Shown here: piece by piece, positions 10,231 through 18,842 of the stretch | How positions within the stretch are numbered: position 1 is the first letter of the stretch | Layout of the letters: each line of letters begins with the position of its first letter | From: a virus | DNA length: 64,000 bases | Direction: 5' to 3' (one strand) | Virus record (IMG/VR): IMGVR_UViG_3300044733_004754 | The notes under the pieces: generated by a model | Database searches by the model: none | What the model saw: only the letters and a program-made list of their open reading frames with translations | What the model was told of the DNA's origin: nothing | Position numbers and translations under genes: made by a program

Positions 10231-10781
10231 AGCCATATTGCTACCTCACATGGGATGAGCCGTTTGAGGATTACACCAAGCAACTCCAACATTTTGTTAA
10301 AAGAACTGGTTTTATAGAAAAAGGCACGTTCTTTAACCCTGTTGGAGCTGCTCGTGTATACGATGCAATCCCGTCACTTAAAACACTTTTTGAAAGACAC
10401 GGCTTACATGACTTCCATTCAATGGCCGTAATACGCGTGCTGCCTGCAACAGTTGCACCTAACTATCCACACACGGACGTGATGCCATCACCTAACCAAA
10501 AGGTAGCAATTAACTGGCCAGTGTTTAACTGTGAAGAAACTTTTACCTGTTTTTATGAGGAAAAAGAAAACGCCAATCCACAACTAGTAAAGTTGAGTAA
10601 TGGGTTGCCCTATAAAAAATACAGCTACGAAGATGTTATCGAAATGCACAGGATAAAGATCAATCGTCCAGTTGCACTTCGATATGATGTCTTACACGCT
10701 GTTGTCAACGAAACAAAAAATGTCCGCATTACAACATCGTTTCGATTTGACTTAAACCACTGGGAACTGTTTAATGGCTAA
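10227..10781 (+). CDS. Putative Fe(II)/2OG oxygenase-like (DSBH) protein
   Basis: HTD...LHAV...R.TTSFRF pattern (HxD...H...R). Confidence 0.5.
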   Translation: MKPYCYLTWDEPFEDYTKQLQHFVKRTGFIEKGTFFNPVGAARVYDAIPSLKTLFERHGLHDFHSMAVIRVLPATVAPNYPHTDVMPSPNQKVAINWPVFNCEETFTCFYEEKENANPQLVKLSNGLPYKKYSYEDVIEMHRIKINRPVALRYDVLHAVVNETKNVRITTSFRFDLNHWELFNG

Positions 10782-11157
10782 AGTATACTTTTGTCGTTTC
10801 ACCGACAAGCGAACAAAACAAGTATTCTATAAGTTTGGTCACACATCTAAACAAGACGTTAATGAACGCTTTGATCCAAAGTATGATACGCGCTACAGCG
10901 AATTTCAAATTAAAGCTATTTGCAGTATTAAGGGTACGCTAGAGTGGTGTCAGCAAATTGAGGAGATGTTCAAGGTTCTTTTCCCAAAGAACATATGGCT
11001 CGAAGAGTTTTTCAATGATGAGAGGAAATGGGATAACTTTTCGGGTATTACCGAAATCGTTTATCTCAATAAAGATGAGTACGAGCGAGTGCGTGACGCT
11101 TTTTATTTCTTGAAAGAGTCACAAGCCAAAATAGAGGAAGAACATGAGTATCTTTAA
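10774..11157 (+). CDS. GIY-YIG/T5orf172-like putative nuclease
   Basis: VYFCRF...FYKFGHT...VNERF...IEE...GITE pattern. Confidence 0.5.
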   Translation: MAKVYFCRFTDKRTKQVFYKFGHTSKQDVNERFDPKYDTRYSEFQIKAICSIKGTLEWCQQIEEMFKVLFPKNIWLEEFFNDERKWDNFSGITEIVYLNKDEYERVRDAFYFLKESQAKIEEEHEYL

Positions 11158-11749
11158 ATATCCAGATTGGTCTACAATTCATCACCTTTACTGGACAGAT
11201 ATAATTGAACAGTGCATGGATATTACTCAGCCAGTTAGAATGATTGAGGTTGGCTGTTTTGAGGGTCGGTCAACAATGTGGTTTGCTGATCGTTTAATAA
11301 ATGAGGAGTCACGTTTATTCTGTATCGACACATGGCAAGGTGGCGAAGAGATTGAACGGGTGGGGCTTGACTTTGATATGGAAGAAGTGAAATCTAATTT
11401 CTTCCATAATATAGCAGAACATCCTTACAGCAAGCAGATCATGCCTCTAGTAGGTACGTCACAAAAGATATTGACAATGTTGCTTCATGATATGTACACT
11501 CGACCCGACTTTATCTACTTGGATGGGTCACATACTCAGAAAGACACATTGATAGACTTGGTTCTTTCACTCAGTCTTGTAAAGGTCGGAGGAATTGTTG
11601 TTGTTGACGATTACATGAACAGTATGTCTACAAAAAATGAACTCTTACGTCCAAGAAAGGCTGTTGATTTTGTTGTATCATCTTTTGGAGATTCAGTAAG
11701 TTTTTCAACAACGCCTGAGAAACAGGCTGTCATCATAAGGAACAATTGA
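11144..11749 (+). CDS. Class I SAM-dependent methyltransferase (Methyltransf_24-like)
   Basis: IEVGCFEGRS, CIDTW, DFIYLDGSH, GGIVVVDDY. Confidence 0.85.
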   Translation: MSIFKYPDWSTIHHLYWTDIIEQCMDITQPVRMIEVGCFEGRSTMWFADRLINEESRLFCIDTWQGGEEIERVGLDFDMEEVKSNFFHNIAEHPYSKQIMPLVGTSQKILTMLLHDMYTRPDFIYLDGSHTQKDTLIDLVLSLSLVKVGGIVVVDDYMNSMSTKNELLRPRKAVDFVVSSFGDSVSFSTTPEKQAVIIRNN

Positions 11750-12147
11750 TGGAAAAGAAGTCGTTTATTTGGGTTACCTTCCAGAAAGAAGGTATTCACA
11801 GGTATCCTGAAGCAGGCATTGATCCTGCATTGAAGACGGGTGATTGGCTTGATGTTAGTTTCCTAGCCGAACCACATCGTCACATCTTCCATTTCCGTGT
11901 TGAGATGGAAGTCTTTCATGACAACCGTGATGTTGAGTTCATTCAACTTAAACGTATTATTGAGAGCTGGTATAGGACGAACGTGCTTCAGCTTGATTTT
12001 AAGTCGTGTGAGATGATAGCACGTGACCTACACATGCAACTCATTATCCAATGGCCGGCACGGGATTATGTTGTCGAAGTATCAGAAGATGGTGAGAATG
12101 GCTGCCGAATTTATTTCCCTAAGGATACCTATGTCAAGCGCGATTAA
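11749..12147 (+). CDS. QueD-paralog T-fold protein, DpdL-like (candidate CDG decarboxylase)
   Basis: LAEPHRHIF, DVEFI, KSCEMIA, VSEDGENG; second T-fold gene in the cluster, next to the transglycosylase. Confidence 0.7.
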   Translation: MEKKSFIWVTFQKEGIHRYPEAGIDPALKTGDWLDVSFLAEPHRHIFHFRVEMEVFHDNRDVEFIQLKRIIESWYRTNVLQLDFKSCEMIARDLHMQLIIQWPARDYVVEVSEDGENGCRIYFPKDTYVKRD

Positions 12148-13000
12148 TTTTTGTCATATTAGCCCTACAGCATATTTGGACAAGTACACGTCTACTAATG
12201 GGGCTCATTTGATTCTGGCTCATCTCGTTGAGACGGATCCTGTGTATCGAGATTATTATGCTAATCTTGAGGATGGTAAATACAAGATCATGGACAACAG
12301 TGCTTTTGAGATGTTTAAGCTCGGTAAACCGATGTATGAATCAGCGAAACTCATTGAAATGGGTAAGGCATGTAAGGCTGATTGTATTGTTATGTCTGAC
12401 TATCCGAAACAACCATCTGATGTTACTATCGACGCAGCAAAGAATTTGATTCCGCAATTCAAAGATAGCGGATTCGATACATTCTTTGTTCCACAGAGTC
12501 AGCTTGGTGATATGGACGATCTTATGGTGGCCATTGAATGGGGTCTTCAAAACGAAGATGTAACCCTTATCGGACTTTCAATCCTTTCAACGCCAATTGC
12601 TTGTGGTGTTGATGAGTCAACGTTTGAAGGTGGTAAACGTCACGATGCATATAAATTGCAGCGTTATCTGTCGCGTCTAAGAGTGTTTCATGAGCTCGAA
12701 GCTCGTGGGTATCTTGATGTGTACAGATCCTTTAAACGATTTCATTGTTTGGGGATGGTGGATGGGCCTAGAGAAATCGATCTGCTTCGGAAATATGAAG
12801 ACTATATCTTTTCGTGGGACTCGAGTGCAGCAGTATGGGCTGGCATTAACGGTGTGAGTTTTGACAGCTCACCTACAGGATTAATGTATGGAAAGTTTGA
12901 AAAGGAAGTTGATTTTGACTACGAGGGCGAACATAATGCTCGGTTAGTGATGAGTAACATTCATTTTATCAACGACCTTATTGAAGGAGTCTCTGTGTGA
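12131..13000 (+). CDS. dpdA: TGT-fold 7-deazaguanine DNA transglycosylase (DpdA-like, possibly DpdA3)
   Basis: IMDNSAFE (cf. DSGxF), MSD, FVPQ, FHCLG, SWDSS; inside the folE/queD/queE cluster. Confidence 0.72.
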   Translation: MSSAINFCHISPTAYLDKYTSTNGAHLILAHLVETDPVYRDYYANLEDGKYKIMDNSAFEMFKLGKPMYESAKLIEMGKACKADCIVMSDYPKQPSDVTIDAAKNLIPQFKDSGFDTFFVPQSQLGDMDDLMVAIEWGLQNEDVTLIGLSILSTPIACGVDESTFEGGKRHDAYKLQRYLSRLRVFHELEARGYLDVYRSFKRFHCLGMVDGPREIDLLRKYEDYIFSWDSSAAVWAGINGVSFDSSPTGLMYGKFEKEVDFDYEGEHNARLVMSNIHFINDLIEGVSV

Positions 13001-13566
13001 AGGTTATTGCTCTGACAGGTCCGAAAGGATCAGGCAAAGACACAGCAGCTGATTTCATTTGTAAATATTATACAAATGTTGAGAAGGCTGCTTTTGCTGA
13101 TCCGATCAAGTATATTGTGCAGCATATTTTTAAACTAGATAGTCATTCTAGTCGTGAATATGATCGTCTTAAAAGAAGTAATTTGAGTTTTGAAGATCCG
13201 TCTACTCAAACGACATGGCGTGGAATTAATGGAAGGCATGTTGTTCGTGAGATTGGTATGTTAATGCGTAGTTATGATGAACAACAATTTAATCACTACA
13301 TTCAAAAAGCTATTATTGAAGCGGCAGCGCGCCGCTCCAGTATATTTGTTGTTACAGATTTGAGATTCGACAACGAATATATTATGCTTCGCCGGCACGG
13401 AGCAAAGATCGTAAAGATTGCAAGGCCTGATTATCAGTATGATGGCCATATTACAGAGCGTGGGTTTGATGATCATTTAATCGATTATGTTATTGACAAT
13501 AATGGTTCGCTCGGAGCTTTTGAAGTTAATGTAATGGATGTGATTGATAAGATTATTAAGGAGTGA
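12997..13566 (+). CDS. Deoxynucleoside monophosphate kinase (T4 gp1-like)
   Basis: GPKGSGKDT, AFADPIK, VVTDLRFDNE, HITE. Confidence 0.88.
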   Translation: MKVIALTGPKGSGKDTAADFICKYYTNVEKAAFADPIKYIVQHIFKLDSHSSREYDRLKRSNLSFEDPSTQTTWRGINGRHVVREIGMLMRSYDEQQFNHYIQKAIIEAAARRSSIFVVTDLRFDNEYIMLRRHGAKIVKIARPDYQYDGHITERGFDDHLIDYVIDNNGSLGAFEVNVMDVIDKIIKE

Positions 13567-13568
13567 TT

Positions 13569-14228
13569 ATGAAACATATTATGGGGCCGAACAGTAAGTC
13601 ACAATTGACTAATGTTCAGCAAGACGATGTACAACCAAATGCTGTTGATCTAAGACTTGGCAAAATCTTCAAAGTGTCTTCTTCGACATTTAAAATTGAT
13701 GAGAAAGAAAAGGTACATCGTGGATCATATGAAATCAAACCAGATGCAACTGGGTATTTCAATCTAGCAGAAGGCCATTATGAAGTCGTAATGGAAAATA
13801 TGATTACGGTTGGAGACAATGAAGCAGGGTGGGTTATTACGCGCTCTACGCTGAACCGTAACGGCGTCTTCCTCACATCAGGTTTGTATGATACAGGATA
13901 CGACGGAGTAATGGCTGGAATGATGCACGTTACGTGTGGTCCAATGCGTATCCAAAAGGGTACACGTATCGGTCAATACCTTTCATTCAATGCCGAATCC
14001 CTTCACAAGTACGAAGGAGATTATGGTAAGAATAAGTCTCACGATAAGAAATATCAGGGCGATCCAACTGTAAGCGCAGCCTCACTTGAAGCTACTATGG
14101 CCCTGTTGCAAGGCGACGAGGATAAATCTAATCAAGTGCTAAACGAAGCACTTAATCCACCTAAACGTAAACCAGGAAGACCTTTCGGGACAACGAAAGA
14201 TGAAATGGCAAAAAGGAATTCGCAATGA
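13569..14228 (+). CDS. dCTP deaminase/dUTPase-family protein with C-terminal extension
   Basis: QPNAVDLRL, RSTLNRNG, YDTGYDG, RIGQ. Confidence 0.85.
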   Translation: MKHIMGPNSKSQLTNVQQDDVQPNAVDLRLGKIFKVSSSTFKIDEKEKVHRGSYEIKPDATGYFNLAEGHYEVVMENMITVGDNEAGWVITRSTLNRNGVFLTSGLYDTGYDGVMAGMMHVTCGPMRIQKGTRIGQYLSFNAESLHKYEGDYGKNKSHDKKYQGDPTVSAASLEATMALLQGDEDKSNQVLNEALNPPKRKPGRPFGTTKDEMAKRNSQ

Positions 14229-15079
14229 CATTTGAAATTAAAGTACCTATTGAAGTTCTACGGAGACGTAAACTATTTGTGGCAACACCGATGTATGGTG
14301 GAGCTTGTGCAGGCATGTATGCACGCTCTATTGCTGACCTGTCTGCTATTTGTACACGTTATGGGATCACGCTTCAGCTCTACTACCTCTTTAACGAGTC
14401 ACTAATCACACGTGCTCGTAACTACTGTGTGGATGAGTTTATGCGCAGCGATGCAACACACCTCATGTTTATTGATAGTGATATTGGGTTTAATCCAAAC
14501 GATGTTATTGCTTTGCTTGCGTTGCAAGACGAAGAAAGTCCGTACGATGTGATTGGTGGTCCCTATCCTAAGAAATGTATCTCGTGGGAAAAGATCAAAC
14601 TAGCTGTCGATAAGGGGTTTGCTGATGAAGACCCAAACAGACTAGAGAAGTTTGTTGGTGACTATGTTTTCAATCCTAAAGGTGGACAACGTGAGATTCC
14701 TATTGGTCAGCCTGTTGAGGTGATGGAACTTGGTACAGGGTTCATGATGATTCGTCGCAAGACGTTTGAAGTTTATCGCGATACGTATCCTGAGCTGTCG
14801 TACAAGCCCGATCATGTTCGTACTGAAGCCTTTGATGGCTCACGCGAGATCCATGCATACTTTGATTGTATCATTGATCCACAGAGCAAACGGTATCTTT
14901 CAGAGGATTATAACTTTTGTTATCATGTTGCCAAGGCAGGTATGAAGACATGGTTATGTCCATGGATGAGCATGAACCACGTTGGTAGCTATATCTTTGG
15001 TGGTAGCTTGGCTGACCTTGCTGCAATCGGTGCTCCGGCTACTGCAGATACTGGAATGTTGAAGAAAGGTAAAAAATGA
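14225..15079 (+). CDS. GT-A fold glycosyltransferase-like protein
   Basis: ESLITRARN, FIDSDI (DxD), GTGFMMI, LSEDYNFC. Confidence 0.75.
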   Translation: MTFEIKVPIEVLRRRKLFVATPMYGGACAGMYARSIADLSAICTRYGITLQLYYLFNESLITRARNYCVDEFMRSDATHLMFIDSDIGFNPNDVIALLALQDEESPYDVIGGPYPKKCISWEKIKLAVDKGFADEDPNRLEKFVGDYVFNPKGGQREIPIGQPVEVMELGTGFMMIRRKTFEVYRDTYPELSYKPDHVRTEAFDGSREIHAYFDCIIDPQSKRYLSEDYNFCYHVAKAGMKTWLCPWMSMNHVGSYIFGGSLADLAAIGAPATADTGMLKKGKK

Positions 15080-15741
15080 AACTTGAAAATCGTACAGTAC
15101 AGATTCTAAAGAACTTTGCTACGATTAATCCTTCAATGTTGTTTCGTGAGGGCAATACGCAGGTAACTATTGCTCCTCAACGGAACATTCTTGCTCGAAC
15201 GACGGTCGCAGAGAACTTTCCTAAAGAGTTTGCTATCTTTGATCTATCACGGTTTATTGGAGTGCTATCATTATTTAATGAACCTGAGATTGAATATGAT
15301 GATTCGCGCCTACTGATTAGTCAAGGCCAGCAAAAGGTTGCATATACATTTGCTGACCCATCGTTCATTGTGGCACCCCCATCAAAGACGCCTAATGTTC
15401 AAGATCCTGAGATCCTGTTTCGCCTGACATCCGAGCACTTGCAATCTACTATGCGTGCTCTTGGTGCTCTTCAAGCAACGCATATTATTGTAGAAGGGGA
15501 TGGCGAAAACATTAGTATTGGTGTTGGTAAGCCGAGTGATCCGACAGGAGATACATTTAAGATTGAAGTAGGTCTTAGCAACCATTCATTTAAGTTTGCT
15601 TTCAAAGCAGAGAACATTAAAATCCTGACAGGTGATTATGACGTACAAATTTCCTCTCGCAACATTTCTCATTTCAAAGGTAGTGATGTAGAATATTGGA
15701 TTATGGCAGATGCTAATCATTCCAACTTTGATACGAAATAA
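15076..15741 (+). CDS. gp45: Sliding clamp gp45
   Basis: LKNFATINPS, FAIFDLSRF, GDYDVQIS, EYWI; synteny with gp44. Confidence 0.93.
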   Translation: MKLENRTVQILKNFATINPSMLFREGNTQVTIAPQRNILARTTVAENFPKEFAIFDLSRFIGVLSLFNEPEIEYDDSRLLISQGQQKVAYTFADPSFIVAPPSKTPNVQDPEILFRLTSEHLQSTMRALGALQATHIIVEGDGENISIGVGKPSDPTGDTFKIEVGLSNHSFKFAFKAENIKILTGDYDVQISSRNISHFKGSDVEYWIMADANHSNFDTK

Positions 15742-15746
15742 AAAAC

Positions 15747-16685
15747 ATGCGAGAAGATTTTCTTTGGGTCGAGCGCTATCGACCCCGTACTATTCGTGAT
15801 ACGATTCTACCAGAGGAGCTGAAGGTAACCTTTCAGAAGTTTGTTGATGAAGGTAATATTCCTAATATGCTTTTTACTGGTCGTGCTGGTATTGGTAAGA
15901 CCACTGTTGCGCGAGCTCTCTTGGAGCAAATTGGTGCAGATTATATTGTTATTAATAGCAGTATGCATGGTAATATTGATACTCTTCGCACTGATATACT
16001 TAATTTTGCATCAACCGTTAGCTTTAGTGGGGGTCGTAAATATGTTATTCTAGACGAGGCCGACTATCTCAATCCTAATAGTACACAACCTGCTCTTCGT
16101 AATTTTATAGAGCAGTATAGTAAGAACTGCGGCTTCATCCTCACATGCAACTTTAAAAATAAGTTGATTGAGCCTTTGTGGTCAAGGTGTAGCGTTGTTG
16201 ATTTTGTTATCCCTAAAGAACAACGCTCAAAGATGGCTGCCGCATTCTTCAAACGTGTAAAAGATATCCTCACAACAGAAGGTGTAGAGTACGATAGTAA
16301 AGCAGTTGTGTCAGTGATTGAGAAACACTTCCCCGACTGGCGTCGAGTGTTGAACGAACTCCAACGATACTCGGCGACAGGTAGAATCGATACAGGTATT
16401 CTATCCAACTTGCAAGAGGAAACATTCAAAACACTCGTTGGGTACCTTAAAAATAAGGAATTCACGAACGTTCGTAAATGGGTGGCTGAGAACGCTGATA
16501 TCGATCAGCATGTATTCTTCCGTAAATTTTATGACTCGTCGTATGAGTTTATGAACTCATCTTCAGTAGCACAACTGGTACTACTTCTCTCAAAATACCA
16601 ATATCAAGCAGCTTTTGTTGCTGATCAGGAGATTAATATGGCAGCATGCTTGACCGAAGTTATGGTCGAATGTGAGTTCAAATGA
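15747..16685 (+). CDS. gp44: Clamp loader large subunit gp44
   Basis: WVERYRP, GRAGIGKT, DEAD, SRC, FPDWRR. Confidence 0.95.
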   Translation: MREDFLWVERYRPRTIRDTILPEELKVTFQKFVDEGNIPNMLFTGRAGIGKTTVARALLEQIGADYIVINSSMHGNIDTLRTDILNFASTVSFSGGRKYVILDEADYLNPNSTQPALRNFIEQYSKNCGFILTCNFKNKLIEPLWSRCSVVDFVIPKEQRSKMAAAFFKRVKDILTTEGVEYDSKAVVSVIEKHFPDWRRVLNELQRYSATGRIDTGILSNLQEETFKTLVGYLKNKEFTNVRKWVAENADIDQHVFFRKFYDSSYEFMNSSSVAQLVLLLSKYQYQAAFVADQEINMAACLTEVMVECEFK

Positions 16686-17212
16686 ACTCTGTTGTGATAA
16701 CAGGTCATACCGGTGGTCTTGGATCAGTTCTTATGTCCAAATATCAAGAAAAAGGATGGACCGTATTTGGTGCTTCACGAAGAACAGGGTATGACTTTTC
16801 ACAGCCTCGCGTAGCTCGTAACTTTTGTGAACAGTTACGTGGTTATGATGTTCTGATAAACACAATTACCGGATCAGCTCAACGTAACGTTTTAGAACAC
16901 ATGCACACTCAGTGGAGAGATCAGAAAAAAATAATCTTAAATGTTGGTAGTCGTGCAACACAGTATGGAGCTTCACCTTCTATTTCATATAGTGCAGACA
17001 AAGCTGCTTTAGATTTTGTTGTATCATCACTACAAGCACATGGACCACGTTGGCCAGCTATACTACATATACGTCCGGGTTTTTTTGATTCGAAGCGTGT
17101 TGAGTTGAAAAATGTTCCTAAGATGAAGACGGAGGATGTAGCTGATATGATTATGTTTATGATCGATAATGTTCATAAGTTTAGAATTCTTGATATGATC
17201 CTTGTAGTATGA
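16682..17212 (+). CDS. Short-chain dehydrogenase/reductase-like protein
   Basis: ITGHTGGLG, NVGS, YSADK (YxxxK), IRPG. Confidence 0.8.
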   Translation: MNSVVITGHTGGLGSVLMSKYQEKGWTVFGASRRTGYDFSQPRVARNFCEQLRGYDVLINTITGSAQRNVLEHMHTQWRDQKKIILNVGSRATQYGASPSISYSADKAALDFVVSSLQAHGPRWPAILHIRPGFFDSKRVELKNVPKMKTEDVADMIMFMIDNVHKFRILDMILVV

Positions 17213-17634
17213 ATCCGTTTGATTTTGTTAACAGCATTAACTCAACAGATAAAAAAGATCTTATTAACGCTGGACAAGCCTTAGAAGATGATTATGTTCC
17301 GTTTGTTGTTAACAAGGCACTGTCCTACTTTCCTGAAACGATCCTTTATTCTAATCAGATAAACGCACTACCGCACGCAGGAAAAATACTCCAATATCAC
17401 TATCTTCTAAATACTGTTCGACCTGGAAAAAGGTTTGCTAAATGGGTGAAACGTGAGAACGTAGAAGATATTGAGGCTGTCAAAGAGTACTATAGTTATA
17501 GCATAGAAAAGGCACACCAAGCGCTTGCAATTCTCACGGTTGATAATTTGAATTATATAAAACAAAAATTACAAAGTGGTAGGAATAATGATCAAATTGG
17601 AAACCTTAGTAGAAGTGACGCTAGCAAGCGATGA
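17209..17634 (+). CDS. gp62: Clamp loader small subunit gp62
   Basis: NPFDFVNSIN, YVPFVVNKALS, KRFAKW, VKEYYSYS. Confidence 0.92.
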   Translation: MNPFDFVNSINSTDKKDLINAGQALEDDYVPFVVNKALSYFPETILYSNQINALPHAGKILQYHYLLNTVRPGKRFAKWVKRENVEDIEAVKEYYSYSIEKAHQALAILTVDNLNYIKQKLQSGRNNDQIGNLSRSDASKR

Positions 17635-17983
17635 AGACTTCTTAAAAGTACGCGAGACACTGACACGTATTGGTGTGGCATCCAAAAAAGAAAAGAAGCT
17701 ATATCAGTCGTGTCATATTCTTCATAAACAAGGCCTGTACTACATCGTACACTTCAAAGAGTTGTTTGGCTTAGATAATAAGCCTTCAAACTTTTCTGAA
17801 GAAGATATTGCACGGCGTAATACTATAGCCAACTTGATAGCAGAGTGGGGCTTAGTCAAGCTAGTTGACCCGATCAAAACAAAAGAACCTGTTTCAGCTA
17901 TGTCACAAATAAAAATACTTCCCTACAAAGAAAAGGATGATTGGGAGCTGGTTGCCAAATACAATATTGGACGCAAACTCTAA
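17588..17983 (+). CDS. regA: Translational repressor RegA
   Basis: DFLKVRETLTRIG, LYQSCHILHKQG, IVHFKELF, KYNIG. Confidence 0.95.
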   Translation: MIKLETLVEVTLASDEDFLKVRETLTRIGVASKKEKKLYQSCHILHKQGLYYIVHFKELFGLDNKPSNFSEEDIARRNTIANLIAEWGLVKLVDPIKTKEPVSAMSQIKILPYKEKDDWELVAKYNIGRKL

Positions 17984-18294
17984 ATAGGATTGCCTTTATC
18001 AACAAGGCTAAATTTACTGCCACCTGTAAGTATGCAATAAAGACCTGATTTGTGTTTTTCAGCTACTGTCCAGGTCTTTGTTTCACGGTTGACAAATAAT
18101 ATCATTGTTCCAGCATCGCTACCATTTTTGTCCGCTCGCTCAACCTCACCAATGATGAAAGGTTCCTCTTTGAATTCAGCTAACACTTCGGCCAAGGCTT
18201 TAAGTGGGAAACACATCACTTGAAGCATCGATTGTGCTTGTGAGTAAGCTAAAGAGGAATAGAGAAGCAGGCCACCTAATAATATTTTTTTCAT
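17980..18294 (-). CDS. Secreted hypothetical protein
   Basis: AAGGA RBS then MKKILLGGLLLYSSLAYS signal peptide; upstream GATAAATA. Confidence 0.7.
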   Translation of the reverse strand: MKKILLGGLLLYSSLAYSQAQSMLQVMCFPLKALAEVLAEFKEEPFIIGEVERADKNGSDAGTMILFVNRETKTWTVAEKHKSGLYCILTGGSKFSLVDKGNPI

Positions 18295-18316
18295 AGTATT
18301 TTCCTTGAAGGTTTGG

Positions 18317-18324
18317 TATTTATC
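18317..18324 (-). promoter_or_regulatory. T4-type late promoter variant GATAAATA
   Basis: TATTTATC on + strand, about 23 nt upstream of the 18294 start. Confidence 0.45.
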
Positions 18325-18842
18325 TACCACTTCCCTGCTTCTTGTCCAAAGCCGTAAAACCAAACAAAGAATCGGATTGCGGCTGAAAGTGTTATAATTA
18401 ATATTATGCCCCAAAAAACATTCTCAACGAACTTCTTACGACGCATAGCCTGATCGCGTATCATTTTTTCGCGACGCTCACGTATCTCACGTCGGAGTTG
18501 ATTGAACTGGCTGTACCCTTCCGCGCCGAGGTGTTGAAGTTCTCCATAGTAAAACATATTGTAAATGTCCGTCTCCATTTCACGTAGTCTTTGCTGAGCT
18601 ATAATAATATCAAATGCTTCAGCGGTTTCACTCTTACCAAAACCAATCTTTTCGAATAATCCAACCTTCTGTTCACCCGTATCGGTTTTGTGATTGTTTA
18701 TTAACTGTTGAAGTTGACCGGCTGCATCGGCCCATTTAGAGAGTTGTCTGTAAACACCTTCTATTTCTTGACCAACAGCAACAGCAGCTTTTAGTCCATT
18801 GAAGGCCGCTGTGACCGTTGCCATTAGAGAGATTGGATCCAT
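18324..18842 (-). CDS. Hypothetical membrane protein (hydrophobic N-terminus, C-terminal TM)
   Basis: 172-aa ORF coupled to the upstream gene; VFWGIILIITLSAAIRFFVW. Confidence 0.75.
   Translation of the reverse strand: MDPISLMATVTAAFNGLKAAVAVGQEIEGVYRQLSKWADAAGQLQQLINNHKTDTGEQKVGLFEKIGFGKSETAEAFDIIIAQQRLREMETDIYNMFYYGELQHLGAEGYSQFNQLRREIRERREKMIRDQAMRRKKFVENVFWGIILIITLSAAIRFFVWFYGFGQEAGKW

Noticed and set aside
6631-13000. Queuosine tRNA-modification pathway as an auxiliary metabolic module
   Set aside because: No queF, queA or queG, and the TGT-fold protein lacks the zinc-binding CxCxxC of tRNA TGTs; DNA modification fits better
17588-17634. 47-nt gp62/regA overlap as a programmed frameshift
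   Set aside because: regA has its own AGGA RBS and ATG; a simple C-terminal extension of gp62 explains it
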